Assembly: GCA_964016885.1 (NCBI GenBank)
Contig: OZ024755.1
Span: 7,254,001-7,318,000, forward strand
Direction of reading: 5' to 3'
DNA: 64,000 nt
Origin: Eledone cirrhosa
Lineage: Eukaryota
The notes beneath the pieces were generated by a model. It did no database searches. It saw nothing but the letters and a program-made list of their open reading frames with translations, and was not told the origin of the DNA. Below, piece by piece: positions 43,015-57,264 of this stretch (its first letter is position 1; each line of letters opens with the position of its first letter). The translations under genes were made by a program, and so were the position numbers.

Positions 43015-43082
43015 CTCTGTCTGATGATCGATCCAGACGTATATTTATATTGTCTGGGATCCAGAAACCTTTGGTAATGGAG
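43015..43082 (+). ncRNA. type I hammerhead ribozyme (family K) making up most of a ~105-bp TA-flanked insert
   Basis: CUCUGU-CUGAUGA-UC-GAUCCAGAC..GUCUGGGAUC-CA-GAAA-CCUUUGG-UA-AUGGAG; GUA site. Confidence 0.75.
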
Positions 43083-43109
43083 TAGTTATATTTTGTGTTG
43101 TTCACTTTC

Positions 43110-43170
<61 letters not shown>

Positions 43171-43174
<4 letters not shown>

Positions 43175-43527
43175 GTTTCTACTTTTGGCAACAAGGCCAG
43201 CAATTACCCCGGTGTATTACTGGTGCTTTATTTTATCGACCCCGTAAGAATGAAAAGCAAAGTTCTCTTCGGCGGAATTTGAATTCAGAACGTAAATGCT
43301 GTGAAGCAGCGTGTCCGACGCTCTACCGATACTGTCAATCTAGCACCCTATTAGTAATACTAATAATAATTATTTCTACTTTAGGCACAAGGCTAGCAAT
43401 TTGCTTTATTTTATCGACCCCGTAAGGATGAAAGGCAAAGTCAATATCGGCGGGATTTGAACTCAGAACGTAAAGGGCCATAATTCTGTGCTGCATGACA
43501 TGGTGTCTGACATTCTACCAATACTGA
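43171..43527 (-). mobile_element. two tandem S1 SINEs
   Basis: S1 consensus, reverse. Confidence 0.85.
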
Positions 43528-43742
43528 TAGGTGGCTTCCAGGTTGGATTAATTATAGCACCAGCCTTATATGTCCACTCCCCTTCCATTTATATTCCTGC
43601 AGACTTAATATATATCGCTATATGTGTAATTTATTTCTGATTCTTGACAATGTCTTCCTCAGCATTGCCAAGCCATTGCTGAATATCTTAGGTTCATTTC
43701 TTTCCTTTACAACACACCAATAAAAATATCCATGCGTTTATT

Positions 43743-43848
43743 GGCGTCAGCGGTTCCCTCTCTGATGGCCCGGAGAAGACGACCGAGCCCGATCGCTTAG
43801 AGGAAGTAAAAGTCGTAACAAAGTTTCCGTAGGTGAACCTGCAGAAGG

Positions 43849-43852
<4 letters not shown>
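43743..43852 (+). pseudogene. 18S rRNA 3'-terminal fragment (helix 44 distal part and helix 45)
   Basis: TTAGAGGAAGTAAAAGTCGTAACAAAGTTTCCGTAGGTGAACCTGCAGAAGGAT matches the universal eukaryotic 18S 3' end with a few mismatches; no ITS1 follows. Confidence 0.9.
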
Positions 43853-43896
<44 letters not shown>

Positions 43897-43900
<4 letters not shown>

Positions 43901-44497
43901 ATATTAATAAATGGAAACTATATTTATAAAACCATATTTATTTTATTATACATATTTCAAGGGCCACCAAGACAAATTATGGTGCGCTTTCATCAGATAA
44001 AATACAGATTTGTTTTATAAATAAATATTGACATACCCGGAAAAAAGACAACCTTAACGGTTGGAGCTTCCTGGATAGTGGAGATGTTTCATTTATTGAG
44101 GGGGATAGAAAATTATGATTGAGTATGCAAATGAGTGTCCGAAAGGACACTCATTTGCATACTCAACCTTTCGGACACTCATTTGCATACTAAATCATAA
44201 TTTTCTATCACCCTCAATACTCCACTATCCAGGAAATTCCAACCGTTAAGGTTGTCTTTTTTTTCCGGGTATGTCAATATTTATTTATAAAACAAATCTG
44301 TATTTTATCTGATGAAAGCGCACCATAATTTGCCTTGGTGGCCCTTGAAATATGTATAATAAAATAAATACGGTTTTATAAATATAGTTTCCATTTACTA
44401 ATATATTGTTTATTTACTCCACTAATCCGTTGAGTGCTTTATATCAGTTATAAAAATTGTTAAGCTTGTTGAATCCCAACAAAATAAATATAACCTC

Positions 44498-44502
<5 letters not shown>
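43897..44502. mobile_element. family G large inverted pair (~250-bp arms) plus ~92-nt tail; hammerheads at 43939-44004 (-) and 44301-44366 (+)
   Basis: UAUUUUAU-CUGAUGA-AAGCGCACC..GGUGGCCCUU-GAAA-UAUGUA-UA-AUAAAAUA. Confidence 0.85.
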
Positions 44503-44533
<31 letters not shown>

Positions 44534-44538
<5 letters not shown>

Positions 44539-44713
44539 AAAAATGTGTGAGATCCTTGGTACAGTTAGGTATATTTGAAAAAAAGGAAAAGAATGACTTC
44601 ACTTGTAGTTTTAAACAAATTGGTAATCTACTAGATCTACCAATTATATATTATAATATTATAAAATTAAATCAATTTGCTTAGAACTACAAGTGAAGTC
44701 ATTCTTTTCCTTT

Positions 44714-44720
<7 letters not shown>
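44534..44720. mobile_element. family I inverted pair with left tail, TA-flanked
   Basis: 44577-44620 is the reverse complement of 44675-44718. Confidence 0.75.
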
Positions 44721-44777
<57 letters not shown>

Positions 44778-45477
44778 CCGCATTTATATATATCTATACT
44801 GGGTCTAAAAATATTGGTTGCAAGAGATAAAGGGGACTCCACCCACATATAGAATGCAATCATTGAATTTTTATAATGAATAAATAACATTTTCAAAAAA
44901 TACGTAAGTAGAAACAAAACAGTGCAATCAAATGTTTGTGGGGGAAAAAATGTGTATTTTGTTTGAATATTAGTCATTTCCTCTAGTTAGAGAGTCACTG
45001 AAAAGGGGCATAAGCATTGCCCTTCCACAAATAACGCAATAAATAAACAACCACCATTCTCTATGGATATTTTCGTTCACCAATGTCACCAAGAGAATGT
45101 GTAACACATAGTGGTGAGGCTGTTCCTGTCACAATCGGGGGTTTAATTCTAAAACCAGACAGGACGTCCTTCATATTGCTCCAATCTATCAAGTACCAGC
45201 AGTAGTAAGTCGGATTAAATTTACAACGGATTGGTGTCCTGTTCAAAAGAAAGGGAATCAATAATCTGTCCATTAACGACATATGTGTGTTAATGGAGAG
45301 ATTATGGACACCTATGCAGGTTTAGCTGATTATAGACACCTATGCAGGTTTATATGTGTTAATGGACAGATTATGGACACCTATGCAGGTTTAGCTGGCC
45401 TCCTCTAAGGTATGTCTCGTTGGAGGTCTCTTGGGTAATTTAATGATAGGGACGCTGGTCCTATCATTTTATTTCTA

Positions 45478-45602
45478 CAGCTGAGTAAAGTGGAGCAACG
45501 TGAAATAAAGTGTCTTGCTCAAGGAAACAATACAACACCCGGCCCGAGAATTGAACTCACAACTTTTTGATTGCAAGCCCAGTTTTCTAACCACTAAGCC
45601 AT
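45478..45602 (-). mobile_element. S2 CORE-type SINE
   Basis: GAGCAACGTGAAATAAAGTGTCTTGCTCAAGG. Confidence 0.8.
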
Positions 45603-46431
45603 GATTAACGTCATATGGTACCGGGATAACTGCTCGCATTGCCAAGGCCGGCGAGAAACATGAAAACACTCCCCGCCAAAAATATACAGAAATAAGAGCA
45701 ACTCCTAAATATATTATGTTAACATTTAGCAAATCAGGATTGCCGTCTTATAGTCAGCTATGACGATATTGTCACCTTAAACAAGTCTCTTGTTCAAGGT
45801 TGCTGACATATCCTTTTTATCTCTTCTGTCTGTCTCCCCCTTCTCTCTCTAACTCTCTCTCTCCCACACACTCTCTCTCTGTCTCCCCTTTAGTAGCGTA
45901 CGTAAGTAGTAATTTTTACCTACGTCAGTAAAACTACGTAAATAGAAAAAAAAACAACATAATAATAAATAAAATAAAAAAACAACAAACAACTCTACGA
46001 CTTTGAAAGCTGAATCAAAGTAGAACATGGAAAGATTACTATGTGTCACACAGAGTGATTTATTGATGACTGGATATCGATGAGAATCTATAAACTGCTA
46101 TTATTAACTACTTCTCTTTTACTCACAAATCTAATGTTAGTAACTATGTAGAACTATTAAAGGAAGAGAGAGAGAGAGAGAGAGAGGGAGAGAGGATGGA
46201 ACTGGTGGTGACAGTGTTATAAATCTGCAGAAATGGAATTCCGCAAATAACTTTGACATTCCAAGCTTCATAACAGCTACCTTTCAGGTGTTGACGTCAT
46301 TACTTCTTTTAAGATGAACAAAATGAAAGTGACTTCTCATGTTATGAGTTGAAATAGACATATAACGTCATAACGCTATAACGTCAGCAGGTATTTCAAT
46401 ATTCGCTTTATTAAGAAATGGTTGACTTTGC

Positions 46432-46433
46432 TA

Positions 46434-46489
<56 letters not shown>

Positions 46490-46543
46490 AATGTATATAT
46501 ATATAAATGTATATATATATATATGAATATATATATATATATG

Positions 46544-46606
<63 letters not shown>

Positions 46607-47607
46607 GTATATATATATGTATATATATATATACATATATGTATATATATGTATGTGTATATATATATATGTATGTGTATATATATATATGTATGTGTAT
46701 ATATATATATGTATGTGTATATATATATATGTATGTGTATATATATATATGTATGTATGTATATATATATATATACATATAGATATGTATATATAAATAT
46801 ATATATATGTATATATATATATATACATATAGATATACATATAGATATGTATATAAATATATATATGTATGTATGTATATATATATATATATACATATAG
46901 ATATGTATATAAATATATATACATATAGATATGTATATAAATATATATATGTATGTATATATATATATATATATACATATAGATATGTATATAAATATAT
47001 GTATGTATATATATATATATATATACATATAGATATGTATATAAATATATATATGTATGTGTATGTATATATATATATATATATACATATAGATATGTAT
47101 ATAAATATATATATGTATGTATATATATATATATACATATAGATATGTATATAAATATATATATGTATGTATATGTATATATATATATATATAAATATAC
47201 ATATATATATGTATATATAAATATGTATGTACATATAGATATGTATATAAATATATATATGTATGTATATGTATATATATATAAATATACATATATATAT
47301 GTATATATAAATATGTATGTATATATATATATATGTATATATAAATATGTATGTATGTATATATATATATATGTATATATAAATATGTATGTATATATAT
47401 ATATATGTATATATAAATATGTATGTATGTATATATATATATATGTATATATAAATATGTATGTATATATATATATACATATATATATATTTTGAGGGGG
47501 ATCTTGCATATGCAAACTATGCCTGAACGAGACCCTCGAGATACTAAGAGGTGGAAGTATATATACATATGTATGTATATACATACATATATGTACACAT
47601 ATGTATT

Positions 47608-47642
<35 letters not shown>

Positions 47643-47907
47643 GTATATATATGTATGTATATGTATATATATGTATGTATATGTATATATATGTATATAT
47701 ATGTATATATATACATATATATGTATATATATCTATGTATATGTATGTATATGTATATATATGTATGTATCTATATGTATATGTATGTATGTACATATGT
47801 ATGTATGTATATATGCATGTATATATATATATATGTATGTATATATATATGTATGTATATATATATGTATATATATATGTATGTATATATATATGTATAT
47901 ATATATG

Positions 47908-47947
<40 letters not shown>

Positions 47948-48050
47948 TGTATGTATATATAGGTATGTATGTAAGTATTTATATATATATATACATACAT
48001 ATGTATGTATGTGTTTATATATATATATATATATACATACATACATATGT
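46432..48050. repeat. compound TA/TATG satellite with a ~70-bp unique insert at 47491-47558
   Basis: direct. Confidence 0.95.
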
Positions 48051-48329
48051 ATTTGCATTATATATTCTTATTGTACACATGATGGAAATAGCAAAGGAAA
48101 CTACAGCAAGCGGGAGTTCTTGATTTGTGGAGGACATTTTCTATGATGGTAATCAATGGAAAGGTCCATGTATTCTATGTAAAGAGACTCTCAATAGAGG
48201 AAGGTTTATTTATGTTTTGACCACCTTATGTTCAGAGAGATGTGAAAGCTAAAACATGAGCTATAAGACCTAATATTAGAACGAAGTTTGACACGTATCA
48301 GTAGTTACGTATCAGAGTTAATTGCTCTT

Positions 48330-48680
<351 letters not shown>

Positions 48681-48927
48681 ATATATATATATATGGGTTT
48701 GATTTTATTGATTTATTATTTTAAATCGAGACAGGCAAACTGTATTAATTTAATTAGTATTTTTCAATCTAGCTAACTTGGTCATTTGCAATACAAACAC
48801 TTATATAATTGTATTAGTGTTTATCATATATTAATTTATATTAATTTGTATTTCACGGCTCAGAAATACCTCTTTCTTTGAGCTATTTAATTGTAAAAGA
48901 CTGTTTGAGTTTATAACTCTATATATA

Positions 48928-48985
<58 letters not shown>

Positions 48986-49200
48986 GTACATACAGAAAAG
49001 TTGTATCAAAAAGGCTGTATTTCAATAAGTTATTTTTGAAACAAATAAACATTGTACAGTAACTTGTACAATACATGTCCGAATATAAAGTTTTATTCTT
49101 TTCTTATAACGACTCAATATGTAAATAACTATATATATAGTTATTTACATATTGAGCCTTTGTAAAGATTGAAAATAAAATCGTAAGCACTCTATATAAT

Positions 49201-49362
49201 AATTGTTTCTACTTTTGGCACAAGGCCAGCAATTGTACAGTACATTACTGGTACTTTATTTTATCGACCCCGTAAGGATGAAAGGCAAAGTTAACCTCGA
49301 CGGGATTTGAACTCAGACCGTAAAGGGACATAACTATGCTAGAAAGCATGGCGTCCAACCCT
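49201..49362 (-). mobile_element. S1 SINE
   Basis: S1 consensus. Confidence 0.85.
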
Positions 49363-49822
49363 ATATAATAATGTGATTATATATAAAAAATTGATTAAAA
49401 TTTTATTTAAAATATTGATAATTGTCAAATATAGTGTAAAATATAGTGTAAAATTTTATTTAAAATATTGATAATTGTCAAATATAGTTTAAAATATAGT
49501 GTAAAAGCGAAAGAAAAGGAATATATATTTTCATACTAAAATATTTCATCGCTTGATTCTGTATATTTAAATTTGCAGAGAGAGGAAAGAGGTGAGACAC
49601 ACAGAGTGAACGTGAGACATACATATACATGAAATATTATTGTATTTGCTTTTATATAGACACGTCAAATATGTTTGTATGTACGTATACAATATGTATA
49701 TATACGTAAGTATATATATATTCATATATACGTATCTGTATAATTAAGTATATATGCACGTGTATAGACACACACACATATATATATATAGTAATAATAA
49801 TGCGTTCACAGATTGACTTTGT

Positions 49823-49890
49823 TAGTTTCAGGAGATCCCGTTAAGGGTGAAAGCAGCGATTCTTTGCTTAAACTTTAATCTGTTATTTTA

Positions 49891-49897
<7 letters not shown>
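49823..49897 (+). mobile_element. family C single arm with full hammerhead-like fold (49824-49874)
   Basis: AGUUU-CAGGAGA-UCCCGUUAAGGGU-GAAA-GCAGCGAUUCUUUGC-UU-AAACU then (TA)n. Confidence 0.75.
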
Positions 49898-49934
<37 letters not shown>

Positions 49935-51202
49935 GCACAGATTTACATATAGGGAATCCATTTTATATATTCTGAGAGATTATTTAGGCATACACTAATG
50001 GATCTTCTATTTTACATATTACTGAAACAAAAACGTATTTATATCCATTTATATATGTTTAAATTGCTCAAGACCGATGGTATGTCAGGAAGGCGTCCCT
50101 TCGACTCTATTTAAAGCTGAGCACTCTCTATAGGAATGATTTATATATATAAATCTTAAGATTTAAAAAGTTACATTGTTCTAACATTGCATTTTCCATT
50201 TTGACACGATTTTCACTTCGACCAGTTCCGGATTTAGAGTTTTCATTCAATATCATCAGACGACTATTTTGTAAGCAGACGATAAAATAAGTCAGGTGAT
50301 CTCAAGCAATTGATAAAGTTGAGAAATGATAAAGTTGATCATTTGAACTGAGCGATCAATGAGAGCTACAAGCCTCACGGATCGATTGTGACAATCATTT
50401 CATTGAAACGATCGATTAATTTACAAGACAGACGAATTTAGTGATAAAAAAATGTTATCACATCCAATTGATCTGCTGTTAGTGTATATAATATTGATGC
50501 AATTCCAGTGTTTAGTTGATGGATATCCGACATTAATATTCTTTACAAGACTTTCCTGTTTTTCTCCAATGGATAACACAGGTCTACAAGGTTTTTGGTG
50601 TTTAGGAAATAGACATCATTCCTATATAAAATCGGTCTCCTGATTCCAAATATAACCTTCTATTTGACCTATCAGATCTAGTTTTTAACTTATTGAACAT
50701 CCCTAAAGTCACTATGTATGTGTGTACGCCCAGTACGCAGTGTTCGTTACCTTATTCTAATTCTAAGTTTTTTTTTCTCAGAAAACTAGACCTGGTAGAG
50801 AAAAACTGAAGTTATATTTGAATTTAGCAGGCACAATCACTTAAGAATTCGTTGAAATATTCCAGGCACCAGACACACTTTTGTTGTTGTTGCCCAGTGT
50901 AATCAGTGGAGAAGGCAAACATGAATACACTTTACTTTTTGTTTTCTTACGATTTCCTGTGTTTGAGTGAAGTTACAACAAAACAAGAGTGGACAGAGCA
51001 TAACTGATTGGTAGAGATATTTCGTTTCCTATCATAAGGTCTCAGGTTCGATCTCACTACATTAACCAATGTGACTGTCTTATTTTGTAAGACGTTAGCC
51101 TGACACTACGGAATGATTTGGTTGTTATTTCAAACAGATCGAAAAATCCTTTCATAGTTGAACCTCTGACATTTATGCATTAGTATTATATAATAGTAAT
51201 CT

Positions 51203-51385
51203 TTTGATGTCGAGCTCCGTCAGCATTGTCTGAAGCTGTTCCGTGGTTTCAACGATGAGTACGATGTCATCAGCGAAACGGAGGGGGGTAAGTATCTCGC
51301 CGTTGATGTTGACACCGCCTTGCCAGCCAATGCCTCTGATGATCTGCTCGAGACACGCGGTGAAAAGTTTTGGCGAGATCGTAAT
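51203..51385 (-). mobile_element. RTE-clade reverse transcriptase fragment
   Basis: TISPKLFTACLEQIIR..GVNINGE..LRFADDIVL..EQLQTMLTEL, includes the (Y/F)ADD motif. Confidence 0.9.
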
Positions 51386-51462
51386 CTGCGTATAACTAAC
51401 TTTGTATAAGTTATTATATACATGTTTATACACACACACACATAAAAAGCTACATGCGCGCA

Positions 51463-51595
<133 letters not shown>

Positions 51596-51779
51596 TTTTT
51601 TGTAAGACATTAGCCTGAGACCATAGAATGATTTGGTTGCTATTTCAAACAGATCGAACAATCCTTTCGTAGTCGAACCTGTGATATTTATGCATTAGTA
51701 ATCTATTAACCCCTTTTAGTGGTTTCAGTCATTAAATGGCGGCCATGTTGGGGCACTGCCATCGACATGGGCCACAACT

Positions 51780-52222
51780 ACTGAGGATATGCGACTATTG
51801 AGGATATGCGACGGATGGAGAGAAATGAAGCAAGCATGCTCCGTTGGGTGTGTAATGTCAATGTGCGTGAACGACGAAGCATAGCTGAGTTGAGAGAGAA
51901 ACTGTGTATAAGAGGGATAAGTTGTGGTGTGAAGGAGAGAAGACTGAGATGGTATGGACATGTGATGCGCATGGACGATGACCGGTGGGTAAAGAAGTGC
52001 CAAGAAATCCCAGTAGAAGAAAGACGCAGTAGAGGAAGACCACGAAAAACATGGGCGGAGGTGGTGAGAGCAGACCTCAGATCGCTGAAACTCACGGAGG
52101 AGATGACAAAAGACCGTGACAAGTGAAGAGATGCTGTGCTGAATAGGACCCGTTCCACCCTAGCAGGCAGGGAAAATCGGACGTAAAATAATGATGATGA
52201 TGATGATGATGACGATGATAGT
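51780..52222 (+). mobile_element. RTE-clade LINE 3' end with (GAT)n tail
   Basis: ERNEASMLRWVC..RRLRWYGHVMRM..RSRGRPRKTW..DRDK*R. Confidence 0.9.
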
Positions 52223-52741
52223 GGTGATCTTCTCTTGTATTCTTCAAATGTGGTACTTGTTTTATCGAACTGCTAAGTTACGAGACATAAACAGTGATAG
52301 GATTGGTAAACCGAAAGCTTGCTTAAGGTGCCACGCATATGGACTGAACCCGACACCACGTATTTAAGATTGCGGACTCTTTAACCGCACGGGCAAGCAT
52401 ATTTATTTATATATTTTATCAATGGTCATTTTTTTTCTTCTTCAATTACACGTCAGTACTTTGAATCTATCATATTCAATCTTTACGCTTCCAAACTCCC
52501 CCCCCCCTCTCTACACACTACTCAGAATGGGAGTATAAGAGCTTTATGTAAATATGCCATTATTTGAATGTAATCATAACGGATATTATAAAATTGAGCA
52601 CATTACATATTTTAGAATTTTTTTTTCAATAGAAATAATTACATTTGTCTGTATTCATTTGTTTCAATATATTCTTTATTACACTATATTAAATTGCATG
52701 TGCTTGCTTCTTCCCACACTCTTTCACACATATACACACAT

Positions 52742-52779
<38 letters not shown>

Positions 52780-52877
52780 ATATATGTTTATATTTATATA
52801 TATGTTTATATTTATATATATGTTTATATTTATATATATGTTTATATTTATATATATGATTATTTTTATATATAAAT

Positions 52878-52922
<45 letters not shown>

Positions 52923-52977
52923 TATATTTATATATATGATTATTTTTATATATAAATGTTTGTATATATATATATAT

Positions 52978-53046
<69 letters not shown>

Positions 53047-53338
53047 CACGTGTGTTTCTGTGTTAGTGTTATGCTTGTTTGTGTCCGTGCGTGTGAGTGT
53101 GTGTGTGTGTGTAGGTGTGTGCGTGAACCTGCAAGTAATTTCAGTATTTCTGGTGTGTGAAAGTATGTTATGAGATTATATAGTACACTACAGATGTAAT
53201 AATAGATGACATGTATACGCTGTAGTGAAACTCTAGAACGGGACGTTAAAGGTAAAGAGAGACTGATAGGAGATGTGCGGAAACGTGTTAAGATACATAC
53301 ATACATACATACATACATACATACATACCTACATACCT

Positions 53339-53404
<66 letters not shown>

Positions 53405-54033
53405 ATATATACAGCATTGGAACTACAAAACAAGACGTTAAAAGTAAATAGAGGCATATAGAGACGAATGGTGAGAAACAGGGAGTAAAGACAATAGTGT
53501 GAGAGAGGTATGTATGTGTACACACATACACACACATACACACACTCATATATATATAGGGAGAGAGAGAGAGAGAGAGAGTGATATACATAGAGAGAGC
53601 GAGAGAGAGTGACATACATAGAGAGAAAGAGAGGGAATGAGAGTGACATACATAGAGAGATATAGACAGAGTGAAGGGGAAACTAGAGTGAAATGGAATG
53701 CTGCTTCAAGAGAAATTGGCAAAATTCTGTATTAAACCTGATCTTGCTAATGAAATGTCGAATTTGTGTAGTATTACTATGTGATCGATTATAAAGCATA
53801 GAGTGAATGAGATCGATTATGATACATAAGAGTGTGAACAAGGTAACAAAATGTTCACAACACGTGACTTTATATAGATAGAAAAATTGATACATAGAAA
53901 AAACATGTACATTGTTCATATATACACAAGGACTGGCTGACAGATTTTATGTAGAGTTCTCTCCTTATACCTCTTCATCACTCACATTAATTCTATGTGT
54001 TTGTGTATAAGTATATATAAATACGTGTGTTTG

Positions 54034-54066
<33 letters not shown>

Positions 54067-54091
54067 GCGCGTTACACCTCTGTTCTTTTAA

Positions 54092-54137
<46 letters not shown>

Positions 54138-54148
54138 AAATAAGATAA

Positions 54149-54342
54149 GTTTATCCCGGGTTCAATCGGGAGTAACCACAGTAAGTAAGGTACTCCATAC
54201 AAAGCAGAATATAAATATTTAATGAAGAAAAGTTTCTACAGGACTAGAACTGTTTTATTCCGGAGAAATCATCAGGAAGCCCTGATGATTTCTCCGGAAT
54301 GAAACAGTTCTAGTCCTGTAGAAACCTTTCTACATTAAATAT
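54149..54342. mobile_element. family B inverted pair, two hammerheads head-to-head (centre 54280/54281)
   Basis: consensus GCUUC-CUGAUGA-UUUC UCCG GAAU-GAAA-CAG UUCUAGUC CUG-UA-GAAGC. Confidence 0.88.
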
Positions 54343-55046
54343 ATATATATGCATACACTGAGTGTCCAAAAATATATACACACATCAACAGTTTTCTAAT
54401 AAATATTGCCTGTACAGGTAAACAAATGGTGTATACATTTTTGGGACACCCTCTATATATATTTGTGTGTGTATGTATTCACACAGAGACGAACGTATGT
54501 GTGTATGGAATTTTCAATGAAGTCATAAGAAAAACAGTATCCTCAAATGTGTCGAGAGAGAGAGATATCTTATAGATATCGATATCAAAGCAGGATTCAA
54601 ATAAATAGCCACTCTAATGTGCATAATGTAGTTGGTTTACTCAATACAATGGACCTCCTTAGCTTTCGGCGATGATTGTTCCAGTTGTTCAATCGCTGCT
54701 CATGAAATTAATGTACAATGAGTGAGCATGGGATAGACATGTGTACCCATAATGTAATTCTCAGGGAGATTCAGCTTGGCACAGTGTATGACAAGGCTGG
54801 TACTTTGAATTACAGATCCTCTCCAACGGATGAGCACCCGAACAGTTTATTTCTACCCAGGTTCACTCGCAAGGCATGAGTAGACTCGTGGCTATTCTAA
54901 ATGACCCTTATCCAAGATGTCATTCAGTGGGGATCGAAACCTTGACGTAATGATAGCAGCAACAAGCTTCTGCAATTCCCGTCTACCAGATGTCATTCAC
55001 AAGGCACTGGCCAACCCGAGGATATATATATATATATATATATATA

Positions 55047-55512
55047 TGAATTTGTTTTGCAAGGTCTTTGATATGAAATCGTGTGTCGAAACAAATATTG
55101 TTATACTTGGGGAGGGTCATATTGTAATAATATTGCCAGAAATAATAACAGAACACACTTACTGTTTGGTTGGTTTTCGCTTCTGTATCTTTTATATCTC
55201 CATAGTTAATTTATTTGGCAATCAATGTTTATCATTGATTAACCAACGGTTAAAAATACAGATATATATATATAGTCTATCAAAGTTCTTTTGTTGCACA
55301 TCTGTGACATCATCAGTGGTACTATTATTATGTTCCCTCCTATTGTATTGTAATGTCTACGCCATTTTCATTTTATTTATTTAATAGCCAAATAAATTAA
55401 CTATGGAGATATAAAAGATACAGAAGCGAAAACCAACCAATCAGTGAGTGTGTTCTGTTATTATTTCTGGCAATATTATAACAATATGACCCTCCCCAAG
55501 TATAACAATATA
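55047..55512. mobile_element. ~125-bp-arm inverted repeat with left extension, TA-flanked
   Basis: 55095-55220 is the reverse complement of 55388-55512; CTGATGA on the minus strand in the spacer. Confidence 0.75.
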
Positions 55513-55522
55513 TATATATATA

Positions 55523-55712
55523 TAACGAAGGAAGTGTGGTAAGTAACCAGGTGCGCCATAACGTACCAAAGTACTCGATACTGGGTAGTAGAGTGGGTTA
55601 TAGGAAAGAGTCAGGACCCCGACGGCTGAACTTCGGCCGTTTCGACAGCTAGTTCAGGACCTTGCTGTCGAAACGACCGGAGCTCAGCCGTCAGGGTCCT
55701 GACTCTTTTCCT
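55523..55712. mobile_element. family A inverted pair, tail on the left
   Basis: reverse of 62775-62967. Confidence 0.85.
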
Positions 55713-55746
55713 ATATATATATATGCACACACATATATATATACGA

Positions 55747-55784
<38 letters not shown>

Positions 55785-56321
55785 CAGAGAGAAGTAAATG
55801 GAGAGAAAGTGAAATAGAGAGAATTGGACAATTAATTGTATGCATACATAGACTACTACTTATATAGACAGAAGATATAGATAAATATAAAACTGTGCAG
55901 ATTCTTTGGCAGGCACTCAAATTCACTGTCTCCAATCAATTCATCTGTATCTGTCGTCTCGCTTCAGGAAACAGGTGGACGCTTCTTGATTAAAAAAATA
56001 TAGAATCACTATAAACTGCTGAATTGGAATTCCACTTCCTTTGTGTGTTCAGCTGAATGTTTTCCAAAGCGTTTATTGTTCTTAAGTATTGCTTATTTCT
56101 GTAATCAATGTATGTTAGTGAGGTCACTGATGTTACTTATGTTTACAAAACATATCAGTTTGTGTGTATGGGATGTAAGTTTAAGACGACAAACATTGCG
56201 GGCATTCTTAAATTATTGAATTAAATTAATGAGGTTTAGTTAATAAAAAACATTGCAGGACCTTCGTCGGTTCCGACGATCATTGTTCCAGTTGTTCGAA
56301 ACAAAGGAAAAAGTCTGTTCA

Positions 56322-56635
56322 TGCTTAGTGTGTTCGAGTTAAAATCACAAAGTCGTAAGTTCGATTTTAGACAGCACGTTGTGTCCTTGAGCAAGTCCAA
56401 GTCATTTTATTTTATATTGGTCAAATCCACTGACCCGAAAAAAAAATGTGATGTACTTCTATTGATTTAAAAGGCCAACTTTATCATACGCTGAGTTACG
56501 CTGAATCTCCCTGAGAACCTCGTTAATAGTACACGCGTTTATGGAATACTCAACCATTTTCACGAGCAGTCTGTTTTTGCTTCTTCAAATAGCTGTAACA
56601 TTCGTTTTTGCAATCGACGAAAATCCAACAACAAC
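56322..56635 (+). mobile_element. S2 SINE with long tail, diverged
   Basis: GTTGTGTCCTTGAGCAAG plus tail ending (CAA)n. Confidence 0.7.
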
Positions 56636-57007
56636 ATTGCGATATTAATCATTTGTCAGCTGCCAATTCCCAATAAAACAATTTAAGTAGATTTAATTAT
56701 AAATTCATGCTAGTGAACGAGGTAATGAGGTAGTATTTGATAATTAATGCTATTTATTAGGTAATTCTCTCTTCAAATCTCAACGATGTTTCATTCATCT
56801 TTCTATAGAATATTTAAGGTAGACCATTAGTTTGCTAAATAAAATACATATAAAAACTAAAAAATTGATTCACATAGTCAGATTTGAACTCAGTAACTTT
56901 CATCGACAATACATTTCTATCAATAATTCAAGGAGTTGTCCAGCCTCATTTTATCTACTTTGAATGGCAAAGATAACTCGCAAAGTCCAAAATCGCCGTC
57001 CTTTTTG

Positions 57008-57148
57008 ACGCTGAGATAACTCACAGAGTCCAAGACCACCTTCCTTTTAGGCGCTGTACAAAAAGTGCGTGGATGTCGTCTCATGAAGATGGAGCATCAC
57101 ATGAGTCGCGACGCGAATGGTCGTGTCCAAAGATTCGAGGGCGTCTAG
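57008..57148 (-). mobile_element. R2/NeSL-like non-LTR retrotransposon thumb-region relic
   Basis: LDALESLDTTIRVATHVMLHLHETTSTHFLYSA*KEGGLGL (GGLG motif). Confidence 0.6.
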
Positions 57149-57264
57149 TTTTCGATAATAGGTATTTTCCAGTTGTTTGATCAACAGAATAGACTACCTA
57201 TAAGAGGCTGAGTATTCCACAAAAAATGTACCCTTAACATAACTCTCAGGAAGATTCAGCTTGG

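Noticed and set aside
43743-43852. Functional rDNA unit
   Set aside because: Only ~110 nt, substitutions at conserved positions, no ITS1 or 5.8S
50225-50265. Minus-strand CUGAUGA..GAAA motif (also plus-strand CTGATGA at ~24027 and ~31396)
   Set aside because: Could not form stems I and III with an NUH site
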